Below, one piece after another: positions 26,955 to 39,346 of a stretch of 64,000 bases of DNA (position 1 is the stretch's first letter; the number at the start of each line of letters is the position of its first letter). The translations under genes and the position numbers were made by a program. The notes beneath the pieces are model-generated. The model was not told the origin of the DNA. It ran no database searches and saw nothing but the letters and a program-made list of their open reading frames with translations. Source of the stretch: Mobula hypostoma (taxonomy: Eukaryota); the NCBI RefSeq assembly GCF_963921235.1, contig NC_086097.1, positions 76,510,001 through 76,574,000 on the forward strand. Reading direction: 5' to 3'.

Positions 26955-27510
26955 CTCTAGGTTGGTGCTGCAGCCTGGTGTGTCGTGGGAGTACACGGAA
27001 GATCAGAAGCAGCAAGCTGGCTGCTGGCTGTGTACCCAGAGACCAGAGTTCTTTGGGCACAGAGCTCGGAAAAAAGTGACGCAACAGACTTTTAACATCA
27101 TAAATCAGCAAGTTGCTTGTTATGTCTCCCCTCTCACAGTGAAATGGAGACACTTCTTTTTCCCTTATTAGGGAGAGAGAGAGCCTGTGGTATGTCAAAT
27201 TACTGGGTGAACGAGTATTCTTTAGAGTACTGCAAGTCTGTGTCTTTATTGATTCTTTGCTGCACACTTGAGTACTCGGTGGAGGGCACTGATGCTTTCT
27301 TTGCTGGTGGGGGAGGAGGGAATGTTGCTTTGCTGCTGCTTATGCGTGGGTGGGGGGAGCTGGGGGGGCTATGCGATTCTAACATTTAACTGTCATTCAT
27401 TCTTTGGGGCACTCCTCTGTTTTTGTGGATGGTTGCGAAGAAAAAGAATTTCAGGATGTATATTGTATACATTTCTCTGACATTAAATGTCCCTTTGAAA
27501 CCATTGAAAT
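26955..27510 (+). mobile_element. Non-coding interspersed retroelement, copy 2
   Basis: Aligns with ~4200-4745 (the ORF track shows the shared CxQRPEFFGHRA and TFNCHSFFG strings). Confidence 0.7.
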
Positions 27511-28034
27511 AGACATAGGGCCAAAATATTTGCAAAAGAGGGATTATGCAAAAATAAGAAAGCAATCCTGTGAATAGAAATAAAGCCTGGTCCTTTTACA
27601 ATATTGGCAGACTTCTGACTGTTCTTGGGGCAGTTGATATCCCATTTAAGTCAACTTTCATTTTTTAAAATTCCAGAATCAGAAGCGCAGTGTTAAAACA
27701 GTAACAATGCAAAGTATCTGGAGCAAGGCAGACAAACTTCCAAAAATGTTGATGAGCTCTGCTGACATAATCAAAAACTAAATTCTGTAACAGAGAAAAA
27801 AATACTCTTCATGTGTAGGAATTGTTTAAAAATGTGCATATTCAATTCCGTTATCTACATTTTTGAGACAGTTTTCTGTGTTCAAGTATGGTTTGCTTCT
27901 CCTCTGCTTTTGACTGCTCCTAACCATAGATCAAATTCTCATTTTCATCTTAGATGCTCCTATCCCACTGAATGACCATGAACTAGAAATTCCCGGGTGT
28001 TAGTGAAGGTCTGGTAGTTTTTCAAAAGTGGTTT

Positions 28035-30648
28035 GTCTACTGAGGCCATATGGGTGGAGCTGAGAAACAGGAAAGGTATGACCACATTAATGGGTTGTAT
28101 TATAGACCATCCAATAGTCAGCGAGAATTGGAGGAGCAAATCTGCAGTGAGATAGCAGACAACTGCAGGAAACATAAAGTTGTGATAGTAGGGGATTTTA
28201 ATTTTCCACATATTCATTGGGACTCAGATACTATTAAAGGTCTAGATGGGATAGAGTTTGTAAAACGTGTTCAGGAAAGTTTTCTAAATCAAGATGTAGA
28301 GGTACCAACTAGAGAGGATGCAATATTAGATCTCCTATTAGGAAATGAGTTAGGACAGGTGACGGAAGTGTATGTAGGGGAACACCTTGGTTCCAGTGAT
28401 CATAACACCATTAGTTTCAACTTGATCTTGGATAAAGATAGATCTGGTCCTTGGGTTGAGGTTCTAAACTGGAAAAAGGCCAAATTTGAAGAAATGAGAA
28501 AGGATCTAAAAAGCGTGGATTGGGACAGGTTGTTCTCTGGCAAGGATGTGAGTGGTAAGTGGGAGGCATTCAAAGCAGAAATTTTGAGAGTGCAGAGTTT
28601 GTATGTTCCTGTCAGGATTAAAGGCAAAGTGAATAAGAATAAGGAACCTTGGTTCTCAAGGGATATTGGAACTCTGATAAAGAAGAAGAGAGAGTTGTAT
28701 GACATTTATAGGAAACGGAGCAAATAAGGTGCTTGAGGAGTATAATAAGTGCAAAAAAATACTTAAGAAAGAAATCAGCAGGGCTAAAGGAAGACATGAG
28801 GCTGCTTTGGCAGTCAAGGTGAAGGATAATCCAAAGAGCTTCTACAGGTATATTAAGAGCAAAAGGATAATAAGGGATAAAATTGATCCTCTTGAATATC
28901 AGAGTGGTCATCTATGTACGGAACCAAAAGAAATGGGGGAGATCCTAAATGTTTTTTTTGCGTCTGTATTTACTAAGCAAACTGGCATGGAGTCAATGGA
29001 AATAAGGCAAACAAGTGAGGTCATAGAACCTATACAGGTTGAAGAGGAGGAGGTGCTTAGTATCTTGAGGCAAATCAGAGTAGATAAATCTCCAGGACTG
29101 ACAGGGTATTCCCTCGGATCTTGAAGAAGACTAGTGTTGAAATTGCAGGGGCCCTGGCAAATATATTTAAAATGTCGGTATCTACGGTTGAGGTACTGGA
29201 GGATTGGAGGATAGCTCGTGTTGTTCTGTTGTTTAAAAAAGGCTCTAAAAGTAATCCAGGAAATTATAGGCCGGTAAGTTTGATGTCGGTAGTAGGTAAA
29301 TTATTGGAAGGAGTACTAAGAGATAGGATCTACAAGTATTTGGATGGACAGGGACTTATTAGGGAGAGACAACATGGCTTTGTGCGTGGTAGGTCATGTT
29401 TAACAAATCTATTAGAGTTTTTCGAGGAAGTTACCAGGGAAGTGGATGGAGGGAAGGCAGTGGATGTTGTCTACATGGACTTCAGTAAGGCCTTTGACAA
29501 GGTCCCGCATGGGAGATTAGTTAGGAAAATTCAGTTGCTAGGTATACATGGAGAGGTGGTAAATTGGATTAGACAATGGCTCAATGGAAGAAGCCAGAGA
29601 GTGGTAGTAGAGAATTGCTTCTCTGAGTGGAGGCCTGTGGTGTGCCACAGGGATCAGTACTGGGTCCATTGTTATTTGTCATCTATATCAATGAGCTGGA
29701 TGGTAATGTGGTAAGTTGGATCAGCAAATTTGCTGATGATACAAAGATTGGAGGTGTAGTGGACAGTGAGGAAGGTTTTCAAAGCTTGCAGGGGGATTTG
29801 GACCAGGTGGAAAAATGGGTTGAAAAATGGCGGATGGAGTTTAATACAAACAAGTGTGAGGTATTGCACTTTGGAAGGACAAACTAAAGTAGAACATACA
29901 AGGTAAATGGTAGGGCACTGAGGAGTGCAGTAGAACAGAGGGATCTGGGAATACAGATACAAAATTCCCTAAAGGTGGCGTCACAGGTATATAGCGTCGT
30001 AAAGAGAGCTTTTGGTACATTGGCCTTTGTAAATCAAAGTATTGAGTATAAGATTTGGAATGTTATGGAGAGGTTGTATAAGACATTGGTGAGGCAGAAT
30101 CTGGAGTATTGTGTTCAGTTTTGGTCACCAAATTACAGGAAGGATATTAATAAGGTTGAAAGAGTGCAGAGAAGCTTTACGAGAATGTTGCCGGGACTTG
30201 AGAAACTCAGTTACAGAGAAAGGTTGAATAGGTTAGGACTTTATTCCCTGGAGCGTAGAAGAATGTGGGGAGGTTTGATAGAGGTATATAAAATTATGAT
30301 GCGCATAGATAGAGTAAATGCAAGCAGGCTTTTTCCCATGTGGCTAGGGGAGAAAAAAACCAGAGGACATGTGTTAAGGGTGGAGGGGAAACGTTTAAAG
30401 GCAACATTGGGGGGGCTTCTTCACACAAAGAGTGGTGGGAGTGTGGAATGAGCTGCCAGACGAAGTGGTAAATGCGGGCTCACTTTTAACATTTAAGAAA
30501 AAAATTGGACAGGTACATGGATGAAAGGTGTATGGAAGGATATGGTCCAGGTGCAGGTCAGTGGGACTAGGTAGTAAAATGGTTCAGCACAGCCAAGAAG
30601 GGCCAAAAGGCCTGTTTCTGTGCTGTAGTTTCTATGGTTCTATGGTTT
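28035..30648 (+). mobile_element. Best-preserved CR1 LINE ORF2 in the window (APE endonuclease + RT, frameshifted) with 3' tail
   Basis: GLYYRPSNS, VIVGDFNFP, ILDLLLGN, GSSDHN, NYRPVSLMSVVGK, YMDFSKAFDKVPH, GVPQGSVLGPLLF, KFADDTK; (ttctatgg)n tail. Confidence 0.96.
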
Positions 30649-30649
30649 A

Positions 30650-32200
30650 AAATGCATCCCTGAATCTTTTCCACTAGGTAATGCTTCTCAGGATAGAATA
30701 CAGTGCCTGTTTCAGAAGTCTGGTGGTTGGGCTTGTGAATACCTGGTCTGCCCAATGGAATGACTAACTGCAAAGAGAGGCTCAATGTTTCGGCTGACAG
30801 CCTGGAAGAGGACACTGATGTTGGTTCACTTATCCCTCTACTGACACCAGTCTTCAAGGAGATTGGCTGTGTAATTATGATCACGGCTTGCATACTGCCA
30901 TGAAGAAGACATAACAAGGAGAAGTGTTCTTCTGGGTAGACAAATTTGAGAATAGTGGAGGCAAACATTATACATGGAGTTAAAGATGGTACCAGCTCAA
31001 AAAATGATCATGTGCAATGGTTGGTGTTGCTCCTTGCCTTTCCCTTGGAGATCATATCCACTTGCATCTGGATGTTCAGCATCTGCACTGCAATTTGGTA
31101 AGTAGCCCTTTTAGCCTTTGAGGAGATGGGGGCACTGGCATTTACTTTCCATGCTGCAGATAACTCTACAGCTTTCACACTTTTCTCCTTTCCTTGAGAT
31201 CCTCTGCAATATTGTCCACACCCCAGACATACACTATGAGACCGAATTCATGACTGAACAGCCCAATTTTAGAACTTCAGCAGGGCTACAGTCAGCTTCC
31301 AAGACTGTTGTTGTTTTACACCTTGTTTGAATGTGGTCTGTTCTACTTCCTGTCAATTGGCAATAACATCAAAGCCAAGCTAAATAGTCAATATGGTTTA
31401 GTGTCAGGGTGGGTGGTGGTGGTGCTTATGTCAAAGACAGATTCCCAGTTGATGCTTGCCTGCCTCCCCTCCTTAACAGAGTTCATCATATACTGTATGT
31501 TTGGAACGTGTTGAAGAACCCAAACATGTCAAGACTGCCAGTGAGTTGCGGAGCCTCTGTTCTCTCTGATCAGCAGTTGTTCTTTAGGTAGCAGGTTTTC
31601 TGCTGGACCCTTATCTTCAGGCGCCTGCAGAGCCACTTCTTCTCCTTTGAAGCATGGTTCACCTTCCATTTCAGGAATGCGTTCCATCTACGCTTCACAC
31701 CGACACCTTGATACAGCAGCCAAGAGTTCCTTCATAGATGTTAATTTTGTTGGATTTCATGCAGCCAGTCACGTTCTGGGTATTCTTTGACTGTCATTGG
31801 CCAAGAGTCAGTTTGTCAGTGGACTTTATTCAAGAAGAGCTAATATTTGTTTGTCCTTGAGAACTCTGAAGTTGATTGATCTTACCACAATCATTCTACT
31901 GGCACTGCCAATTTGAAATAGCCAGTTTGAGCCTGGGTGATATGGAACACTTTCTGGTGCATTGCTCAGACAATCTACTTGGTTCCAGCGCTTGAACTGG
32001 AACTGTAGCCAGTTGGTGGTGTTCTTGTCCCTCAGATGAAACATGTTCATTTTGGGATGATCTTGCTCCAAAAATTTACTCAGGAAGACAATCCTGTTGC
32101 AGTGTGCCTTTTTTACTCCTTCTTTGTAGGTACTCCGTAAGAGATATACGTTTGTTTTATCCCCACCCTGACTCTGAAATCACCCAGAGGATCAGTTTGT
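30650..32200 (-). mobile_element. Ancient RTE (BovB-like) LINE remnant
   Basis: ILKFVYPEEHFSLLCLLHGSMQAVII...PISLKTGVSRG (RT region) and NMFHLRDKNTTNWLQFQFKRWNQVDC (EN region NT.F...K.SW.HPRSK.WH.ID); a possible 3' continuation lies at ~27860-28010. Confidence 0.65.
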
Positions 32201-32299
32201 TCCCTACTGCATCCTAGTGTACCAGGTCCCAAATTTGATTTGCTGAAGTGCACGTTGCCTGTGCATGGGTTCTTTTAACATGGGCTGGGAGTAAGGGCT

Positions 32300-33640
32300 G
32301 GCAGGTGGGCTTACTGATGTTTTTAATCTCTCCCTCTCCCAGTGTAGAGAGCCCCCCTGCTTCAAATTATCCATCACAGTCCCTGTACCAAAAAGGACCA
32401 AGGTAACATGCCTGAATGACTGGCATCCTGTAGCACTCACCTCAATAATAAGCAAACGCTTTGACAGGCTGCTCAAGGATTACCTCTGCAGCTTGCTACC
32501 ACCCAAACTAGACCGCCTACCAACACAACCGATCGACAGACGACGCAATAGCCACTGCCCTATATACCATCCTTACACATCTAGAGAAGAAGTTCACTTA
32601 TGCTGTTCTTTGACTACAGTTCAGCATTCAGGCTCAGGCTCGACAAGAAGCTCAGAGACCTCAGCCTTCACCCTGCCTTGTGCAGCTGGATCTTGGACTT
32701 CCTGTCAGATTGCTGGCAGGTGGTAAGAGTGGGCTCCCTCACCTCCACCTCTCTGACTCTCAATACAGGAGCCCCTCAGGGCTGTGTACTAAGTCCCCCC
32801 CCACTTTTACTCCCTGTATACCCATGACTGTGTCGCTACCTGCAGCTCTAATCTGCTTATTAAATTTGTCAATGACACTACATTGATTGGCTTTATCTCA
32901 AACAATAACGAGGTGGCCTACAAGAAAGAAATCAACTCTCTGACAGTGGTGTGAAGAAAACAACCTCTCCCTCAATGTCGAAAAAACAAAGGAGCTGGTT
33001 GTGGATTACAGGGGGAATGGAGATTGGCTAACCCTTATTGACCAATGGATCTGGGGTTGAGAGGGTAAACAACTTCAAGTGCCTCGGCATTCACATCACT
33101 GAGGACCTCACGTGGTCTATACATGGTTGAAGAAGTTTGGTATGGGCCCCCAATTCCCAAGAACTTTCTACAGGGGCACAATTAAGAGCACCCTGACTGG
33201 CTGCATCACTGCCTGGTATGGGAACTGTACCTCCCTTAATCACAGGACTCTGCAGAGAGTGGTGTGGACAGCCCAGCGCATCTGCAGTTGTGACCTTCCC
33301 ATGATTCAGGACATTTACAAAGACAGGTGTGTAAAAAGTGCCCGTAGGATCATTGAGAACCCAAGTCACCCCAACCACAATCTATTCCAGCTATTACCAT
33401 CTGGGAAGCGGTACCACAACATAAAAGACAGGATCAATAGGCTTCAGGACGGCTTCTTCCACCAGGCCATCAGACTGATTAATTCAAACTGATTTGAGTG
33501 TATTCTATCTTACATTGACTGTTCTATTTATTATAAATTATTATAAATTACTAAGATTGCATATTGCATATTTAGATGGAGACATAACAAAGATTTTTAC
33601 TCATTTATGTGAAGGAAGTAAGAAATAAAGTCAATTCTAT
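32300..33640 (+). mobile_element. Rex1/Babar LINE RT remnant
   Basis: CLNDWHPVALT, MLFFDYSSAF, LCSWILDFL, NTGAPQGCVLSP, FYRGTIKSTLTGCITAWYGNC; tail aataaagtcaattc. Confidence 0.9.
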
Positions 33641-34404
33641 ACTAACAAAACAAATAGCAGCAATGTTCTGCTAAATGGGTAATCAATTCTCACAGAATCA
33701 TGTAGATGCCAGCTTTGGAACTGTTATGACCCATGTTCTCAACCTCTGTACAAGCAACACACCTGCCTAACAAACCCAACGTGGCCATTCTGTCACAATA
33801 CATGTTGTAATCTATTATTTTCTACTTTCACGTCCAGCCATGCATGCCAAGTTCCATAAGATACATAAATTATGCAATAGATATTTTATTCTCTGACCAC
33901 AAAGCTATCTGACGAGTTTCAAGAGCTAAATTCCTCAGCTCTGCCAGGAATTTGGACAGTTAATTTTGGATACTTATAATGAATCTGTTATCTTTGCAGC
34001 ATTTGAAACATTAACTGGAGTGAATTATCACCGTGAGCACAAGCACAAAATTAATAAGACAGCTGATTAACTACAATCAGTTTCTTCATTCAACAGTCAA
34101 GTGAAAATTCAGTATAGACAGGAATAAAAAACAAATCAGTCTTTGAACCATAGGACATCAACTGACAATCATTACAAAATCCATCTTTCATTTCTGTATG
34201 TTTAATACTGCCACTTTGGTTCTACATCCTCGGTTCTTTGTTTTAGAGTGTCCAAACTCCATTGCTGACTATTGGATCAGATCTACCATGTAGTAGTGAA
34301 TCAGCAAAAAGATTCAAGATACATCAAACAAAACAGCTCATTTTTCTGAGTACTTCTCAGCAACCACAAAGCAAGTGGACTTACTGCTCTCACCATGTTC
34401 CCAT

Positions 34405-34735
34405 TACCCGAGTAGAGCTGCTACCCCATAGCCCCCATCAATTGGATTCAATCCTTATGTTCTATGTATGGAGTCTTAATGTTCTGCCTGTGACTACAAG
34501 GGCATTATGTGGGTGCTCTGGTTTCCTCTCATATGCCAAATTTTGCAGAATTGAAGTTTAATTGGCCACTGTAAGCTGGCCCAAGTGTATAGATAAGTGA
34601 CAGAATATGAAGGGATCTGATGGAATGTGGGGAAAAGAAAATGGGATTAATTTAGTTGGGTGCATGATGGTCAAGGAGTCAAAGCTTATTAGGTCAAAGG
34701 GTCTCTTGCCATCAACACAACTCTATGATTCTATA
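34405..34735 (+). mobile_element. Degenerate V-SINE/HE1-like SINE
   Basis: tgtatggagt...tgttctgcctgtgact...gggtgctctggtttcctc...ttaattggccactgtaagctg; related copies at 45720-45945 and ~48400-48560. Confidence 0.6.
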
Positions 34736-34788
34736 ATGATTTATTTTTCCCTAAGTACTTGTCTAATTCCCCTTTGAATGGTCATGAT

Positions 34789-36332
34789 TGGTGCGAATAA
34801 AAAGCATTCATTCCCTCCCCCCCGGAAGCTTTCATGTTTTATTGTTTTACAACAGCGGATTTAATTTGGCTTTTTTGACACTGATCAACAGAAAAAGACT
34901 CTTCCGCGTCAACGTGAAATTAAATCTCTACAAAGTGATTTAAATTAATTACAAATATAAATCACAAAATAATTGATTGTATAAGTATCACCCTCTTTAA
35001 TATGACACACCAAATCATCACTGGTGCAGCAAATTGGTTTTAGAATTCACGTAACTATTTAAATGGTAATCACCATGTGCAGTCAAGATGTTTCAATAGA
35101 TTGTAGTAAAAATGCACCTGTATCCGGAAGGTCCAACTGCTGGTGAGTAAAGTGCCCTGGCAAAAACGACACCATGAAGACAAAAGAACACTCCAAGCAA
35201 ATCCACAAAAAGCTTATTGAAAAGCACAAGTCAAGAGATGGATACAAGAAAGTTTCCAAGTCACTGAATATCCCTTGGAGTATTGTTAAGTCAATTATCA
35301 AGAAATGAAAAAAAATGGCTCGGCTATAAATTGGCCCAGAGCAGGCTGTCCTCAAAAACTGAGTGACCTTGCAAGAAGGGGACCATAGAGGAAGGCCACT
35401 ACTCTGGAGGAGTTACAAGCTTCAGTGGCTGAGATGGGAGTGACTGTGCACACAACAACTGTTAGCTGGGTACTTTATACCAGTCTCAGCTTAATGGGAG
35501 AGTGGCAAAGAGAAAGCCACTGTTGAAAAAAAAACTCAAATGCTAGAGTTTGCCAGAATGCATGAGGGAGACTCTGAAGTTAGCTGGAAGAAGGTTCTAT
35601 GCTCTGATGAAACCAAAATTGAACTTCCTGGCCATCAGACTAAATGCTGTGTTTGGCATAAGCCAAACACTGCACATCATTAAAAACACAGCATCCCTAC
35701 CATGAAGCATGGTGGTGGCTGCATCATGCTGTGGGGATGCTTCACTGCAGTAGGCCCTGGAAGACTTTTGAAAGTGGATGGTAGAATGAATTCAGCAAAA
35801 TATAGGGAAATCATGGAGGAAAACCTAATACAGTCCGCAGGAGAACTGCGACTTGGGAGAAGATTTGTTTTCCAGAAAGACAATGATCCCAAGCATTAAG
35901 CTAAAGCTAAAAACAACGAAGTTAATGTCCTGGAGTGGCCAACTCAGAGTCCAGACCTTAATGCAATTGAGAATTTGTGGCTGGATTTGAAAAGGGCTGT
36001 TCATTCATGATCCCCATGCAATCTGACAGAGCTTGAGCGATTTTGTAAAGAAAAATGGGGAAAAAGCTGATAGAAGCCTATCCACACAGACTCAAGGCTG
36101 TAATTGCTGCCAAATATGCATCTACTAAATACTGATTTGAAGGGAGTGAGTACTTATGCAATCAATTATTTTGTGTTTTATATTAGAGATCTGTTTTCAC
36201 TTTAACATGAGAGTCTCTTTTTCTGTTGATTGTGTCAAAAAAAATTTTAATCCATTGTGATTCAACATTGTAAAACAATAAAACATGAAAACTCTTTATA
36301 TATAGTGCCTGTGGTACTTTTTACAGGCACTA
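34789..36332 (+). mobile_element. Tc1 DNA transposon with pseudogenised transposase (~35174-36135)
   Basis: [71 protein letters not shown]; long imperfect TIRs. Confidence 0.93.
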
Positions 36333-36665
36333 TATATAAAGAGTAAAAGAGAGGTAAGATATTGGTCCGCTGGAAGATGACACTGGAGAGGTAGAAATGG
36401 GGGGCGGGGAACAAAGAAATGGCGAATGACTAAGTATTTTGCTTCATTTTTCACTGTGGAAGACACCAGCAGTATGCCAGCAATTTGAGAGTGTCAGGGG
36501 CAGAGCTGAATGTAGTTGCTGTAACTAAGCAGAAGGTGCTTGCAAAGCTGAAAGGTCTGAATGTAGATAAGTCACCTGGACCAGATGGACTAGATCCCAG
36601 GGTACAAAGAGGTGGCTGAAGAGAATGTGGAGGCATTAATAATGACCTTTCAAGAATCACTAGAT
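36333..36665 (+). mobile_element. CR1 ORF2 internal fragment
   Basis: YIKSKR..., KYFASFFTVED, VDKSPGPDGLDPRV. Confidence 0.8.
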
Positions 36666-36856
36666 CGTGGAGGATTTCCTAATCTCGTGGAATAAAACAT
36701 CTTTCCTCAAAAGGGGGCAGGGGGGAGTCTGCTTGGCAGCTGAGGTTTGTGGCTATGAAGCAAACTCATTTTCTTGGGCCTCCTCCACAGTGGTTGTTGG
36801 AGTTGACGCTGGGACTGCAGGAAGTCTCCAACAATTGACTCTGCTCAATTGTTGGA

Positions 36857-37167
36857 TGGGGAGAAACTGCAGTGTCCAGATGTGCAAAGCTGATAGAGAC
36901 CTATCCACACAGACTCAAGGCTGTAATTGCTGCCAAAGGTGCATTTACTAAAAAAGGGGGTGAATACTTATTCAATCAATTAATTTGTTGTATATTTGTA
37001 TTTAATTTAGATCACTTTGTAGAGATCTGTTTTCACTTTGACACGGACGAGCCTTTTTCTGTTGATCAGTATCAAAAAAAGCCAAATTAAATCCATTATG
37101 ATTCAATATTGTAAATCAATGAAACAAGAAAACTTCCAAGGGGGATGAGTACTTTTTACAGACACTG
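36857..37167 (+). mobile_element. Second Tc1 right end (transposase C-terminus + TIR)
   Basis: SRCAKLIETYPHRLKAVIAAKG; ends actttttacagacactg|TA. Confidence 0.88.
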
Positions 37168-37554
37168 TATGTCTCCAGCTGTCTCGTAATGCTTTCCAGG
37201 TCTTCTAAACCACTTTGCAACCATATTGGTATTAAAAGACGTTCCATATGGTTGTCAAATTGTACCCTCTAGTTCCCCAAAAATGGTTGGATTTAATTTC
37301 CTGTTCATGCCACTGATCAAAAAGTGAGTTTTAAAAAAATATTTTGAAATCTAATCATCAGCAATTGTCAGTGTCAAATACAACAGTACTTTCAAAAAAG
37401 TAAAAACATCAATTTAACATAAGCAATTAGAGATACTTAATTATTTTAATTTACAGCAATGAAAAATATCAGTTACGGAAGCCAAAGGTATCATATTCAA
37501 GATCTAGTCAAACTTTTGCAGCTTGTAAATTTAAAATATATGGTTTGTTCTTAC

Positions 37555-37594
37555 ATTTCTGAACCTGAGAATGAAAAACACATGGTTCTAAAGG
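37555..37594 (-). CDS. Candidate host coding exon (40 bp): PLEPCVFHSQVQK + 1 nt
   Basis: Strong acceptor tgttctttctattttccag and donor AAT|gtaaga; the phase 0 start matches the upstream candidate exon; non-repetitive context. Confidence 0.42.
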
Positions 37595-37801
37595 CTGGAA
37601 AATAGAAAGAACACATCCAACACTGACTTTACAGATACAAGCAAAATAAGACTGAGATAATGACTGTGCAAATGGCTTACATTTTTTATACAAATACAAC
37701 ACTTTTCTTATTCAAAGAATTGAGCAATGTTCCTGCTTTATGAAACCCCAGAATTCCATCATCTATAATTTAAGCATCAATAACTTAACGTCTTGACTTA
37801 C

Positions 37802-37929
37802 CTTAAACTCCATATATTTAAATGACTGAGAATTGGCATAGATTTCTTCTCCATCCATAAGAAATAGTTTAAGGCCCAAAGATATTGGTCTGCAGTTTTC
37901 TGAAATCCTCTCAGCAAATGATCCATTTT
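37802..37929 (-). CDS. Candidate host coding exon (128 bp): (E)NGSFAERISENCRPISLGLKLFLMDGEEIYANSQSFKYMEFK
   Basis: Acceptor tactgcctttccag and consensus donor AAG|gtaagt; open frame within ORF 37763-37954(-); protein not recognised. Confidence 0.5.
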
Positions 37930-38839
37930 CTGGAAAGGCAGTACATAACTCCATTAAAAATGCGCTTCTTGTAAAAAATTAATAAAATATTTAATGTAAT
38001 CTGCTGTAAACTAGGAACCTTTTTTGTTTTGAACATGCTTGTGAAATGTTGGTAACATTGGCAAAGCAGTAGTGACTGTGCAAACCTGGTTGTCCTGAAC
38101 ACATTTACAGGCAGTCATGGTATAAAACTGCACAAACAAGATTGGGATGAGATGGTGAGCACCCTTTCCTGAAGGATAAGGGAACTGGTTGAGTATTTTC
38201 AATAATCCAGGGTAATTATCAATAACATAACAGATGCATCGAACAATTTATTATGATTCACTGTGAATTAAGAAATGCTATTCCCATAATCACAACCACT
38301 AGGCTATTGCGATTCCTGATTTTAATTGACTAGCAGATGTATACATATCAATTGTGATATATAGATATCATAAATAGTTTGAGCCTTTTTCAATAAACAA
38401 TACGTGGTTACTTTATTTTCTGTTGCCTTTCGGCCAGCTTGAACCAGCCTGGCCATTGTCTCTGATCTCTCTCTTTAACCAGGTGTTTTTGCCCACAGAA
38501 CTGCCGCTCATTGGATTTTTCTTTTGTTTTTTCTCACCATTCTCTGTAAACACTAAAACTGTTATGTGTGAAAATCCCAGGAGATCAGCCAGTATGGCAT
38601 CAACAATCATTCCACAGTCAAAGTCACTCAGATCACATTTCTTCCTCATTTTGATGTTTGATCCGAACAACTGAACCTCTTGACCATGTCTGCATGCTTT
38701 TACGCATTGAGTTGCCTCCACATGATTGGCTGATTAGGTATTTGCATTCACAAAATAATCTGCAGATGCTGGGGTCAAAGCAACACTCACAACACGCTGG
38801 AGGAACTCAGCAGGTCAGGCAGCATCTGTGGAAAAGATC

Positions 38840-38877
38840 GGTCGACGTTTCGGGCCGGAACCCCTTGTCAGGACTGT
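38840..38877 (-). ncRNA. Minimal hammerhead ribozyme motif (core mutated, CTGACAA)
   Basis: Minus strand cagtc-CTGACAA-ggggttccggccc-GAAAC-GTC-gacc. Confidence 0.6.
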
Positions 38878-39309
38878 AGGGGGAAGGGGCAGAGGCCCTA
38901 TAAAGAAGGTGGGGGGAGGGTGGAAAGGAGAAGGCTGGTATGATTAGGCTAAATTCAGGTTGGAGGAGCAACACCTCATATACCGTCTAGGTAGTCTCCA
39001 GCCCCTTGGTATGAACATAGAATTCTCCAACTTCCGGTAATTCCCTCCCCCTCCCTTCCCCTATCCCTATCCCTAGGTCACTCTGCCCCTCCCCCAGCTG
39101 CCTATCACCTCCCTCATGGTTCCACCTCCTTCTACTACCCAAGGTGTTTTCCCCTATTCCTTCTTCACCTTTCCTGCCTATCACCTCCCTGCCTCCCTTC
39201 CCCCACCCCTTTATCTTTCCCCTTACTGGTTTTTCACCTGGCATCTACCAGCCTTCTCCTTCCCACCCTCCCCCCACCTTCTTTATAGGGCCTCTGCCCC
39301 TTCCCCCTA

Positions 39310-39346
39310 CAGTCCTGACGAAGGGTTCCGGCCCAAAACGTTGACT
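39310..39346 (+). ncRNA. Minimal hammerhead ribozyme motif (GAAA>AAAA, GTC>GTT)
   Basis: cagtc-CTGACGA-agggttccggccc-AAAAC-GTT-gact. Confidence 0.6.
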
